Shown one piece after another: positions 30,310 to 40,350 of a stretch of 64,000 bases of DNA (position 1 is its first letter; each line of letters begins with the position of its first letter). The DNA comes from Candidatus Eiseniibacteriota bacterium (GTDB lineage Bacteria; Eisenbacteria; RBG-16-71-46; JABDJR01). The DNA lies in assembly GCA_963783375.1 (NCBI GenBank), contig CAWANH010000028.1, positions 864,001 through 928,000 of the forward strand. The letters are read 5' to 3'. The position numbers and the translations under genes are program-made. The notes below the pieces were generated by a model, which saw nothing but the letters and a program-made list of their open reading frames with translations, was not told the origin of the DNA and did no database searches.

Positions 30310-31389
30310 ATGTCCGAATCCCCCCCTTCTCCTCCCTTCGAGGTTCGCTCCGGGGAGCTGGAGTGGCGGCTCTGGCTCGACGATCAGGGCGCTCTCGAAG
30401 CGCCGGACTGGGTGACCGTGCTTTCCCGCGAGGCGACGACGCGCATCGCGGACGCCGATCCCGGGAGCGCGATCCGGCTCCTGGAGCTCGCGGTGAGCCC
30501 GGCGAGCCCGGTATTCGACGGTCTCACCGGGCCGCGGGCCCGGGAGCTGGCCGGCCGCCTGGAGCGGGCCTGGAAGACCGCGGGATCGGAAGACGAGGCT
30601 GCGTTCGGTCCATGGGAGGATCGGGCGGGGGCGATTCTCGCGGTGCTCCATCGCTGGGTGCGGTACCGGCGGCATCGCCGCCGGGAACAGGCCGAGGCCT
30701 CGGCGGCTTCCCCCGCCGAAGAACGGAGCCGGGACGACCTCGACGGGTTCTATCGGGACTGGGTTCTCATTCCCCTCCGCGAGAACTTCCTCCGGGTCCT
30801 GGAGGATCGGGGCATCACCCGCCGGCAGTTCTGCGCGTCCCTGGGCATGAGCGAGGCGTACCTCTCCCAGATCCTGAACGGGCGGCGGAACCCCTCGCTC
30901 CGCAAGCTCTCCGAGATCTCCCGCGCCCTGGAGGTGGACCTGGGGCGGCTGTTCGCGGTGCGCGCCCACCGCGGCTCGGACTCCCCCTGGAAGAGAGGGA
31001 GTCATCCCGAGCCGGGGGACACCGGGAACTGGTTTCCCGGCAAGGTGTCGCGGCCCTACGCGGCCCTGGAGGCGCATTACCGCCTGATCTTCTATCCCGG
31101 GCCCGATCTTCCGGGGGAGAAGGTCCTGGCCCGGAGTTTTCTGATCGTGGATCCGGTCCCCGGCGAGCTCGCGTTCGAAGGACGCTACGCCCTTCAGGAC
31201 GAGAACGAAGTGGTCATGGTGGCCTCCTACGCGGGGACGAGTGGTGGTGGGAAGCGGCAACGCTTCATGGCATCGGACGGACGAACCCTGGAGGTGCCGG
31301 TATCCTCGCCCCGCGCGGGCGAGGAGAAGGTTCCGAGGGGGGAGTCGCATTTCCTGGGCCGGGTGACCGGGACCCTGGTGGAGTTTTGA
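30310..31389 (+). CDS. XRE-family HTH protein (central HTH, possible degenerate S24-like C-terminus)
   Basis: 'RGITRRQFCASLGMSEAYLSQILNGRRNPSLRKLSEISRALEV'; GAGG RBS. Confidence 0.75.
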   Translation: MSESPPSPPFEVRSGELEWRLWLDDQGALEAPDWVTVLSREATTRIADADPGSAIRLLELAVSPASPVFDGLTGPRARELAGRLERAWKTAGSEDEAAFGPWEDRAGAILAVLHRWVRYRRHRRREQAEASAASPAEERSRDDLDGFYRDWVLIPLRENFLRVLEDRGITRRQFCASLGMSEAYLSQILNGRRNPSLRKLSEISRALEVDLGRLFAVRAHRGSDSPWKRGSHPEPGDTGNWFPGKVSRPYAALEAHYRLIFYPGPDLPGEKVLARSFLIVDPVPGELAFEGRYALQDENEVVMVASYAGTSGGGKRQRFMASDGRTLEVPVSSPRAGEEKVPRGESHFLGRVTGTLVEF

Positions 31390-31391
31390 AC

Positions 31392-33278
31392 ATGAAACGA
31401 CTCACGTGGATCGGGCTCTTCGTGCTCTCGATCATGACCGTGGCGGTGGGGGCGGCCCTGGCCTCCGACGGCGCGGTTCCCGAGAGAAAGGACATCGAGG
31501 CCAAGTACAAGTGGGCGCTGGAGGACATCTATCCCACCGACCAGGCCTGGGAAGCCGACTTCCAGAAGTTCCAGGCGGCGATTCAGGAGATCGCCCAGTA
31601 CAAGGGAAAGCTGGGGGAGAGCGGGGAGACCCTGCTCGCCGCGCTCAAGACGCGGGACGGGCTCGGTGAACTCCATGGAAAGCTCTTCGTCTACGCCTCC
31701 ATGCGTTACGACCAGGACACCCGGGTCGACCTCTACGCCGGGATGCGGGACCGGATCTCGAGCCTCGGGGTGCAGTTCGCCCAGGCCGCGGCCTACATGG
31801 AGCCGGAGATCCTGGCCGTTCCCCGCGACGACCTGTGGGCGATGGTGGATAAGACCCCCGGGCTCGACCTCTACCGGCACTACCTGGACGACCTGATCCG
31901 GGGCCAGGCCCATACCCTGAGCGCGGAGGAGGAGGAGCTCCTCGCGCTCTCCAGCGACGTATCCGGCACCTTCGGCAAGACCTTCGGGGCTTTCCACAAC
32001 GCCGACCTCACCGTCTACGGCCGGATGCCGGACGAGGACGGGAACATGGTGGACCTCACCAAGGCGCGCTACAGCGCGTTCCAGGAGTCCCCGGACCGGC
32101 GGGTGCGCGAGCAGTCCTGGAAGCTCTTCTACGCTCCCTACGAGGAGTTCGGCCACATGATGGCCAACAACATGGCCGGGAACGTGAAGTCCCACACCTT
32201 CTACGCCAAGGCCCGCAAGTACGACTCCGCGCTCCAGGCCTCCCTCGATCGCAACGCCATCCCGACCGAGGTCTACACCAACCTGGTGAAGACGGTGCGG
32301 GAGAACATCGATCCCCTCCACCGCTACGTCGCCCTTCGGAAGCGCATGTTGGGGGTGGACACCCTTCAGGTCTGGGACATGTCGGCGCCTCTGGTGACCG
32401 GCACCGTGAAGGACATCCCCTTCGAGACCGCGGAGACAATGGTGGTCGACGGGTTGAAGCCCCTCGGGCCCGAGTATCTGACCCCGTTCCGGACCGCGTT
32501 CAATTCGGGCTGGATCGACGTGTACGAGACGGCGGGGAAGCGCAGCGGGGCCTACTCGTGGGGGGACTACGACACCAAGCCCTACCTGCTCCTGAACTAC
32601 AACGGGACCCTGGAGGACGTGTTCACCCTGGCCCACGAGATGGGCCACTCCATGCACTCCTACCTGACCCGGCACAACCAGCCCTACGTCTACGGCGACT
32701 ACGCGACCTTCGTGGCCGAGGTGGCCTCGACCACCAACGAGGCGCTCCTCATCCACAAGATGCTGGGCGAGACCAGCGATCACCAGAAGCGGCTGGTTCT
32801 CCTGAACCACTACCTGGAGCAGGTCCGGGGCACGTTCTTCACCCAGGTGATGTTCGCCGACTTCGAGCTCCAGATGCACGAGATGGTGGAGAGCGGGAAG
32901 CCCCTGACCAAGGAGTCCCTGGACCAGCTCTACATCGACACCTACAAGACCTACTTCGGGCCCTCGGTGAACGTGGTGGATCTGAACGGGGCCACCTGGA
33001 GCCGGATCCCGCACTTCTACTACAACTTCTACGTCTACCAGTACGCCACCTCCTACGCCGCGGCCACCGCGCTCTCCGGGAAGATCCTCAAGGAAGGGCA
33101 GCCCGCGGTGGACAGGTACCTGGCCTACCTGAAGTCGGGGAGCAGCGACTACCCGATCAACGTGCTGAAGAAGGCGGGGGTGGACATGACCACGCCGCAG
33201 CCGATCGTGGACACCATCAACACCTTCTCCGACGTGCTGGACCAGATGGAAGCGGAGCTGAACAAGAGCGGGGAGTAG
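31392..33278 (+). CDS. pepF: Oligoendopeptidase F (M3B) with signal peptide
   Basis: 'KYKW.LEDIY', 'WIDVYE..GKRSGAYS', 'TLAHEMGHSMHS', 'FVAEVAST.NE', 'W.RIPHFY.NFYVYQYAT'. Confidence 0.95.
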   Translation: MKRLTWIGLFVLSIMTVAVGAALASDGAVPERKDIEAKYKWALEDIYPTDQAWEADFQKFQAAIQEIAQYKGKLGESGETLLAALKTRDGLGELHGKLFVYASMRYDQDTRVDLYAGMRDRISSLGVQFAQAAAYMEPEILAVPRDDLWAMVDKTPGLDLYRHYLDDLIRGQAHTLSAEEEELLALSSDVSGTFGKTFGAFHNADLTVYGRMPDEDGNMVDLTKARYSAFQESPDRRVREQSWKLFYAPYEEFGHMMANNMAGNVKSHTFYAKARKYDSALQASLDRNAIPTEVYTNLVKTVRENIDPLHRYVALRKRMLGVDTLQVWDMSAPLVTGTVKDIPFETAETMVVDGLKPLGPEYLTPFRTAFNSGWIDVYETAGKRSGAYSWGDYDTKPYLLLNYNGTLEDVFTLAHEMGHSMHSYLTRHNQPYVYGDYATFVAEVASTTNEALLIHKMLGETSDHQKRLVLLNHYLEQVRGTFFTQVMFADFELQMHEMVESGKPLTKESLDQLYIDTYKTYFGPSVNVVDLNGATWSRIPHFYYNFYVYQYATSYAAATALSGKILKEGQPAVDRYLAYLKSGSSDYPINVLKKAGVDMTTPQPIVDTINTFSDVLDQMEAELNKSGE

Positions 33279-33348
33279 AGGCCGGGTGGGACCGGGCGCG
33301 CGGCCGAAGAGGCACCGCCCCTTCGGCCGCGCGCGAAGGGCCGGGCTC

Positions 33349-34361
33349 CTACCTGGAGTCCACCCGGAGCGAGAGCGCGTAGGCCCGGATCATCCAGCCC
33401 AGCAGCCCCAGAGCGATCACGAAACACACCGCGAAGATCGCGAACACCGACCACTGGGGCCGGATCGGGATCGACGACGGGCTGAACACCCCGTCGAGCA
33501 CCACCAGGCGGAGAACGTGGCGGTTCAGGACCATGGCGAAGAGCGATGCCCCGAGCATCGTCCCGGATAGGACCCATCGCCGCTGGAAGAAGAAGTAGGC
33601 CGAGCCCAACGATAGAAGGATCGCCCCCAGGACCAGCCAGATCCCGGGTGAGCGCATGTAGGGGAGGAGGTGGTCGCCCAGGGTGGCGATGTAGGCCAGC
33701 CCCAGGAGCATGGTGAGCACCATGCCTCCCAGGAACGCGGTCCGGCCCATACGGAAGGCCGGCTCCTCGTTCCGGCCCACGAGGCCGATCATGAACCCGC
33801 CCACGGTGATCGCCCCCGACACCATGTGGAGCCAGCGGAACCCCCATAGCCCCACCGCCCCGTTCACCGCCCAGCCCGACGGGTTCCCGGCGTAGATGGC
33901 CCGGTAGAGGTCCGGCCGCTCGGTCATCGAGAAGACCGAGCTGTAGACCAGCGACACGTAGAGAAGCCCGAGGACGGCCACCCCCAGGAAGACCCCCGGC
34001 CTCCGGGCCGAGGCCGCGGCGTAGAACAGGTAGTAGGCCAGGATAGCCGCGGCGATGACCAGGAGCCACCACCAGGCGCTGGTGATCGACGCCGCGTAGA
34101 ACTGGCGGTGGTATGCGAGCTGGACGAAGAGAAGCGGGGCCACCCCCAGGGTCACGGCGCCGGCCATGACCGAGGGAAAGAGCCGCACGAACTTCCGGAT
34201 CGTCGGGCTCTCCCATTTCCCCGGCATCCGGCCGAAGAGCACCAGGATCACCCCCCCAGAACGAAGTTCATGGCGATCAGGTGGAGCCCCAGGGTCAGCA
34301 CGTGGAGCACGGTGATGAGCCACAGGGGCCCGGGAAGGAAGTTGTAGTCGGGCAAGCTCAC
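33349..34361 (-). CDS. Multi-pass membrane partner subunit of cytochrome bd-like oxidoreductase; frameshift in homopolymer run near 34250
   Basis: N-terminus 'MSLPDYNFLPGPLW...LHLIAMNFVLGG' joins 'VILVL...AVTLGVAPLLFVQ..Y...FY', 'RWLHM'; overlaps stop of upstream gene. Confidence 0.7.
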
Positions 34362-35872
34362 TTTGCGCCACCTTCCGCCGGTAGGGACACCAGGTACTCG
34401 ATCAGCGCCTCGCGTTCGGCGGGGTCGCCGGTGAAGGCGGGCATCTCGGGGGCGATGTCCCCGGCCATGTCCAGGATGTCGCCCAGGTCGGCGGCGGAGA
34501 CCCCCACCAGGGAGGCCGACTTGTCGTTGTAGCCGCCGATCTCGTGGCAGCGCCCGCAGCGGATCCCGTAGACCTTTCGCCCCAGCGCGACCCCGCTCAG
34601 CCCGTAGACGTCCTCGAACGGCCGGTGGTCGACCTGGGTCCAGATCGTGTCGGCGATCAGGCGCGCCTCCTCGTCGGTGCCCAGGAACGGCGGCATGTTT
34701 CCCTTCATCGCGCTCGTCCCCTTCACCAGCCCGGCGATGAACGCCGCGTCGGTCCCGTCGAAGGCGGGATGCAGCGCCCGGTAGCCGTCCACGGTGTGAC
34801 AGCTCCGGCAGGCGTGGCGGAAGAGGTCCGCCCCGTCGTTTCCGGTCCGGAACTCGATGTGGGCGAGAAGCCCGTCGGTCCGGTAGGCGTCCGCCTTCGA
34901 GACCTCGGTGGCGTTTCCGTACATGAAGCCGCTGATGACGTAGGGCTTGCGGATCGACTCCCGCATCCACTCGAACCGGCTGAAGTAGCCCAGCGCCAGG
35001 ACCAGGATCACCCCGGCGACGACCGGGTGGAGCCGTTTGGGGAAGAGGAGGCCGAACACCACCAGCATGGCGGCCAGGGCCGCCGCCCACCACAGGGACG
35101 CGCCCAGGTCGGCCACCGGACCGGGCATGGCGGCCAGGGCCTCGGTGGTGATCGCGGTGGGAATCGCCTTCCAGTACCAGGCGAAGGACGGGGCCATGAT
35201 CAGGAGCCCGCCCAGGGCCCAGCCCGCGTTCGATCGCACCAGCCGCTGCTTGAGCTCCCCGGGCCGGCAGGTGGAGGCGACGAGGGCGGCGAAGACCCCG
35301 GCCAGCATGACGCAGACCCCGGTCCGGAACACCAGCGACGGCCAGTAGGTGGGATTGAAGAACCCGTCCCAGAACCCTCCGGTCTGGAGCCAGCGCCCCG
35401 GGGTGAGCATGAAGGCCACGATGCCGTTGATGACCACCAGGGAGAGCCAAGCCGCGCCGAAGTAGATCCATCCCACCGCCAGGTGGCGGCGGGCGGACAG
35501 GGTTCGCCAGCCGTAGTAGTAGATGAGGGCGGCGGCGATCTCGACCAGGAAGAAGGTCCACTCGATGGCCCAGCCCCAGACGAAGTTGTGGATCAGGACC
35601 TCGGTGGCCGCCGGGTTCAGGAGCCCGATGATGAACCAGATCCCCACCCCGGTCAGCGCCCCCAGAACCAGCGTGGTCAGCGCGAAGAACTTGCTCAACC
35701 GCCGGAGGAACTCCAGCCGGTTCTCGTCCGCCTTCCGGCGGGCCCGGGTTTCCATCACCACCAGGTAGAGGCCGCCGCCGATGGCGAAGTGGGAGATGAA
35801 GACATGAAGGACGGCGATGGTTCCCATCAACGCGCCGTACCCGATCCCGACGTCCCAGAACGGATAACCCAT
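34358..35872 (-). CDS. CydA-like (cytochrome bd subunit I family) membrane protein fused to two c-type heme domains
   Basis: 'HVFISHFAIGGG', 'GALTGVGIW', 'WAIEWTFFLVE', 'EWMRESIRKPY'; CxxCH motifs CRSCH and CGRCH. Confidence 0.85.
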   Translation of the reverse strand: MGYPFWDVGIGYGALMGTIAVLHVFISHFAIGGGLYLVVMETRARRKADENRLEFLRRLSKFFALTTLVLGALTGVGIWFIIGLLNPAATEVLIHNFVWGWAIEWTFFLVEIAAALIYYYGWRTLSARRHLAVGWIYFGAAWLSLVVINGIVAFMLTPGRWLQTGGFWDGFFNPTYWPSLVFRTGVCVMLAGVFAALVASTCRPGELKQRLVRSNAGWALGGLLIMAPSFAWYWKAIPTAITTEALAAMPGPVADLGASLWWAAALAAMLVVFGLLFPKRLHPVVAGVILVLALGYFSRFEWMRESIRKPYVISGFMYGNATEVSKADAYRTDGLLAHIEFRTGNDGADLFRHACRSCHTVDGYRALHPAFDGTDAAFIAGLVKGTSAMKGNMPPFLGTDEEARLIADTIWTQVDHRPFEDVYGLSGVALGRKVYGIRCGRCHEIGGYNDKSASLVGVSAADLGDILDMAGDIAPEMPAFTGDPAEREALIEYLVSLPAEGGAK

Positions 35873-36033
35873 GCGGACCTCCCCTCACGATTCAAGACCG
35901 TTGATGCCGCCGAGCAATTTCATAGCACAGGTTCCCCGGACCGTCTGTACCTTCTAAAATCGATGAGGCTTATCCGGTATCGCCGGGCCGCAGGTGTTAA
36001 TCTCACCCCCCCGCAACCCATCTGGAGAAACTC

Positions 36034-38130
36034 ATGGCGCGGATGTTCCCCGACACCCTGGACGGCAGGAACCCCACCCCCGGGGAAGCCCGGGTCTTTG
36101 CCCACCTGAAGCGTGTCCTTCCCGGCTCCGAACACTGGGCGTGGTACGAACCCACCCTGCGGGTGAAGCGCGGGAAGTCGCCCGAGCCCGACTTCGTCCT
36201 GGTGGGACCGGGCTACGGGGTGATGGTGCTCGAGGTCAAGGACTGGGGTCGGGGGGCGGTGCGGGGCGCCGACGCCTCGACCATGACGGTGCGTGAGGCC
36301 GGGGGGCGCGAGGAGCGCCATACCCATCCCTTGAAGCAGGCCCAGCGCGCGGCCTACGCCCTGAAGGAGCGCTTCGAGAGCGTGCCCGGGCTCACCCACC
36401 CCGCCGGGAAGTACCAGGGGAAGAGCGTCGTGCCGGTGAACTGGGGGGTGGTCTACCCGAACCTCCGGCGCCGCGACCTGGACGAGATGGAGCGGCGGGG
36501 AGTGCCGGTGCGGGTGGAGAGCTGCCTGGCCGCCGAGGACCTGGAACGGGACGACGAGGAGGGGACGCGGCGACTCCTGGGCGCGCTCGAGCGGATGGCC
36601 GGGGTGGCCTTCGCGTTCACCCTCGACGACCCGCTCCGCGACCGGATCCGGACCGCGATCGAACCCCAGCTCCACTTCTTCGATTTCCGCGAGCCGGGGG
36701 CGCCGAAACCGCCCTCGTCCTCCCCGGCGCCTCCGTCCGCCTCCCCCGAGGCCTCGGAGGGACGGACCGAAGCGCCGCGGGTGACCCGGGCCCCGCTCCC
36801 CGAACTCTACGGCCACTGGCTCGACCGCAAGCAGGAGCGAATGGCCCGGGAGCTGGCCTCGCCCCGCACCCTGGTCTACGGCCCGGCGGGTTGCGGGAAG
36901 ACGGTCTTCCTGACCGCGCGCGCCCAGTACTGGCTCGACCGCCGCCCCGAGTCCCGCGTGCTCTTCACCTGCTACAACGCGAGCCTGGCTTCGCACCTCC
37001 GGAACGTCTTCGCCCTGAAGGGGCTTCCCCCCGACGGGGAGCGGTTGACCGTGCTCCACTATCACGATCTGTGCGGCCACATTCTCGGCCGCGACGACAT
37101 CCACGAGCGGCCCGAGGGTTTCTACGCCACGTTGGAGCCCAAGGTGCTCCAGGAGCTGGCCCGCCGGGACGACGTTCCGGCCTACGACCTGATCCTGGTG
37201 GACGAGGGCCAGGACTTCACCCGCCGCATGCTCGAGGTGCTGGTGCGGCTGGCCGCGCCGGGAGGCGAGATCACCGTGGTGTGCGATCCCGCCCAGGACA
37301 TCTACGGGCGCTGGAGCGAGGACAACCTCGCCCCCTTCCGGAGCCACGGAACCGAGCGGCTGGTGGACTGCTATCGGAACACCGCGCCGATCTTCGCCCT
37401 GGCCCTGGCCGTGCTTTCCCCGGAGACCCGGGCCGCGATGGGCCTGGAGCGGTTGGAGCTGACCAAGCCCCAGGACCTGGGGCGGGACGGGCCGGCTCCG
37501 GAGCTGGTCGCCCTGGACGGGCTCGACGCCCTGGTGTCGGTGATCCACGAGGCGGTGCGGGAGTTCGACCGCGAGGGACGTGACCTCTCCGAGTTGGCCG
37601 TGCTCTATCCCGGGCGCGAGTCGATCCCGAACTTCCCCGGCAGGCTCGGGCACTCCAGGTGGGTGGCCGCCGGCGACCCGCGGTTCACGATCGAGTCCGA
37701 CGCCGGGGAACCGGCCGCGGACCCCACCCAGGGCACCCTGGTTCCCGACGACGATCGGGACGGGGCGGCGGCCGCGGCGCGGCCGCACTTCGCCGAGGCC
37801 CTGGAGGCGGAGCTCCTGGCCCGGAACGTGCCGGTGGAGTGGATGGCCCGGGATTTCGCCTCGAAGGCGGCCTACGACATCTCCCGGTCGCGCCTCACCC
37901 TGTCCACCATCCACAGCGCCAAGGGGATGGACTTCCACACCGTGATCCTCCTCGGAGCCGAGAGCCTCTCCACCCGCCCGGGCCGGGACCGGGAGCGCTC
38001 GGCGGCGCTCCTCTTCACCGGGGTGACCCGGGCCCGGGAACGGCTGGTGCTTCCGTACTTCCTGGACCGGGGCTGGGTGCCGGAGATCCGCGAGCGCCTG
38101 GACGCGATCGAGGAGGACGTGGGGGCATGA
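36034..38130 (+). CDS. NERD nuclease domain fused to superfamily 1 (UvrD-like) helicase
   Basis: 'EPDFVLVGPGYGVMVLEVK' NERD; Walker A 'GPAGCGKT', 'LVDEGQD', 'YRN', 'STIHSAKG', 'TGVTRAR'. Confidence 0.9.
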   Translation: MARMFPDTLDGRNPTPGEARVFAHLKRVLPGSEHWAWYEPTLRVKRGKSPEPDFVLVGPGYGVMVLEVKDWGRGAVRGADASTMTVREAGGREERHTHPLKQAQRAAYALKERFESVPGLTHPAGKYQGKSVVPVNWGVVYPNLRRRDLDEMERRGVPVRVESCLAAEDLERDDEEGTRRLLGALERMAGVAFAFTLDDPLRDRIRTAIEPQLHFFDFREPGAPKPPSSSPAPPSASPEASEGRTEAPRVTRAPLPELYGHWLDRKQERMARELASPRTLVYGPAGCGKTVFLTARAQYWLDRRPESRVLFTCYNASLASHLRNVFALKGLPPDGERLTVLHYHDLCGHILGRDDIHERPEGFYATLEPKVLQELARRDDVPAYDLILVDEGQDFTRRMLEVLVRLAAPGGEITVVCDPAQDIYGRWSEDNLAPFRSHGTERLVDCYRNTAPIFALALAVLSPETRAAMGLERLELTKPQDLGRDGPAPELVALDGLDALVSVIHEAVREFDREGRDLSELAVLYPGRESIPNFPGRLGHSRWVAAGDPRFTIESDAGEPAADPTQGTLVPDDDRDGAAAAARPHFAEALEAELLARNVPVEWMARDFASKAAYDISRSRLTLSTIHSAKGMDFHTVILLGAESLSTRPGRDRERSAALLFTGVTRARERLVLPYFLDRGWVPEIRERLDAIEEDVGA

Positions 38131-38537
38131 GGTTCGCGGTGGCGGGTCTGGTCCTGGCGCTCGCGTTCTGTGGCTGCGTCGGAGCCTCGGAGGAGGGGGC
38201 GTACCGGGGAGCGGTGCCGGTGGTGGGGACGGAGGCGCTTCGGACGGAACTCGACGCTCCGGACCCCCCCATGCTGCTCGACGTCCGCACCCCCGGCGAG
38301 TACGGCGAGGGACACATCCCCGGCGCGGTGCTGGTCCCCATCTATTCGCTTTCGGAGAAGCTCTACGGCCTTCGCCGCTACACCCACCGCCGCATCGTGA
38401 CCTATTGCGAGATCGGGGCGCGAAGCGAAGCCGCGGCGCGCATTTTGATCGGCGAGGGCTTCGACCACGTGGAGAACTACCGGGCGGGGATGGCCGAGTG
38501 GCGGCGGATGGAGCCGGTGGAGCGGGGGGGACCGTGA
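38127..38537 (+). CDS. Rhodanese-domain exported/lipoprotein
   Basis: ATGA overlap; 'LLDVRTPGEY.EGHIPGA', 'YCEIGARS', 'GM.EW'. Confidence 0.85.
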   Translation: MRFAVAGLVLALAFCGCVGASEEGAYRGAVPVVGTEALRTELDAPDPPMLLDVRTPGEYGEGHIPGAVLVPIYSLSEKLYGLRRYTHRRIVTYCEIGARSEAAARILIGEGFDHVENYRAGMAEWRRMEPVERGGP

Positions 38538-38619
38538 GGCGCCGGGGGTTCGTGGTGAGCGCGGGTCGTGCGGCCTCGGCGGCGAGGATGCCGGTGGCGG
38601 GCCGCGACGCACCGCGGGT

Positions 38620-39396
38620 CTAGCGGAACGCCCAGATCTCGACCTTCCGGTCCGGCGAGAGGATCACGAACTGCTCCTCGGATCCCGCCGAGTACTCCGC
38701 CCCCAGGGAGAGCGCCTTCATCCGGGACCGGGGCACCCCGTGGGCGGCGAGCACCGCCTCGGCCGCCTGGGCCCGGGCGAGCGCCAGGGCCCGGGCCCGC
38801 CCGCGCTCCGCGAACCCGTCCGCGTGCCCCACCACCAGGAGGAAGGTCCCGGGGTGTTGCCGCCAGGCGTCCACCGCCGAAACCAGGGTTCCCCGGGCCT
38901 CGGCATCGACGGCGGCGGAGTTCCGCTGGAAGGTGAAGGTCCGGAGCAGGCCGGTCAGCCGGCGGCCGGTGGGGACCGGCGGGTACTCGACGTAGGGCCA
39001 GCCGTCCCGCGAGGGCTGGGCCAGGCGGCTCCAGGGGAGGTACCGGAAGGGGAGCCCGGCCAGGCGGGGGGCCGCCGGGGTGACCGATCCACCCGCCGGG
39101 GCTTCCGCCGTCGTGGCCGTCGGCCCGGGCAAGCGCCCGTCCGCGGGAGTCCCGAGCGGCCGGGGTGCCGTGCCCGCGGCGCCCACGGCCAAAAGGACCC
39201 AGAGCGCCCGGCCCAGGGCGAGCCCGGCCCGCCGGATGCCGCCGTCTCGCTGGATCAACCCGCGTCCTCCTCCCGGGGTCCCATCCCCCGAGCTCCGAGA
39301 ATACAAGACTCCGGCCTCCATCATCGGCCGGCGGGCGCGGGGATTGACGCGATCGGGGCTCGGCCGGGGGGGCTCGGGGGAAACCGCTCGGGCCAC
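38620..39396 (-). CDS. OmpA C-terminal-like peptidoglycan-binding protein (start uncertain)
   Basis: 'F..NSA', 'VVGHAD', 'LA.ARA.A...L...GV...RM...S.G', 'DRKVEI'. Confidence 0.7.
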   Translation of the reverse strand: MARAVSPEPPRPSPDRVNPRARRPMMEAGVLYSRSSGDGTPGGGRGLIQRDGGIRRAGLALGRALWVLLAVGAAGTAPRPLGTPADGRLPGPTATTAEAPAGGSVTPAAPRLAGLPFRYLPWSRLAQPSRDGWPYVEYPPVPTGRRLTGLLRTFTFQRNSAAVDAEARGTLVSAVDAWRQHPGTFLLVVGHADGFAERGRARALALARAQAAEAVLAAHGVPRSRMKALSLGAEYSAGSEEQFVILSPDRKVEIWAFR

Positions 39397-39402
39397 CGCC
39401 GC

Positions 39403-40164
39403 CTATTCCGGCGGGAGGTCCTGGTAGAGGGCGTCGGCGATCGCCTCCGGGCGGTTGGTGACCACCGCGGTCACCCCGAGCCGGACCAGCCGCGAGGCCT
39501 CGGCAGGATCGTCCACGGTCCACGTGTTGACCTGGAGCCCCCGCTCCCCCGCCCGCTTCATGAGCTTCGGGTCCACCAGGTCGTGGCGGGGATGGATCGC
39601 GACCAGGTTCTCCACGATCTCCTCCTCCTCGAGGTGGTTCAGGTCCTTCATGGACGTGAAGAGAAACGCCAGGAGCACCGAGGCGTCGCGTCGCCGGATG
39701 GCCGCCAGGGCCTCCGGGTCGAAGGAGGAGACCAGCACCGATTCCCGGGGCCGGACCGGCTTCAGCGCGTCCAGGAGCCGGTCGGCCACCGACCCGTGCC
39801 GGCCGGGACCCGGCGGCTTCACCTCCACGTTCAGGAGGCACCGGCCGCGGAGCGATTCCAGCACGTCCTCCAGCCGGAAGACCCGGTACGGGCCGGCCGA
39901 AGACGAAAACGTCTCCCCCTCGATCCGGTCCCACTCGGTGCGTTCCAGGACCAGGGACCCGGCCGCGCCGTCCACCGAACCGTCGTGGTGGACCACCAGC
40001 GCGCCGTCGGCGGTCATCCGAACGTCCATCTCGACCCCGTCGCACCCGGCCTCCAGGGCGGCCTCGAAGGCGGGGGGGGTGTTCTCGCGGGCGGCGGCGG
40101 GGTAGCCCCGGTGCCCGATCAGAAACGGGCCGTGAAGACGAATCCAGGAGAGAATGTCGGACAT
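39403..40164 (-). CDS. Glycerophosphodiester phosphodiesterase
   Basis: 'IGHRG..A..ENT..AF..A...G.DGVEMDV..T.DG..VVHHD', 'NVEVK', 'WTVD', 'VTNRP'. Confidence 0.92.
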   Translation of the reverse strand: MSDILSWIRLHGPFLIGHRGYPAAARENTPPAFEAALEAGCDGVEMDVRMTADGALVVHHDGSVDGAAGSLVLERTEWDRIEGETFSSSAGPYRVFRLEDVLESLRGRCLLNVEVKPPGPGRHGSVADRLLDALKPVRPRESVLVSSFDPEALAAIRRRDASVLLAFLFTSMKDLNHLEEEEIVENLVAIHPRHDLVDPKLMKRAGERGLQVNTWTVDDPAEASRLVRLGVTAVVTNRPEAIADALYQDLPPE

Positions 40165-40350
40165 GGCGGGTATTCCCTATGGCCCGGGCGGGCCGGGACC
40201 CCCGAACGCCGGTGATCGGCCGGTTCGAGGGGCGCCGGAACAGCGCCCGCGGAGCCATGGTATCATCCGTGGTCCCCGTCCTTTTCGGCAAGCGATGATG
40301 GGCGGTCCCCTCGTCCGAAACACTCAATCCACCCCTGAAAGAGGACCTCC

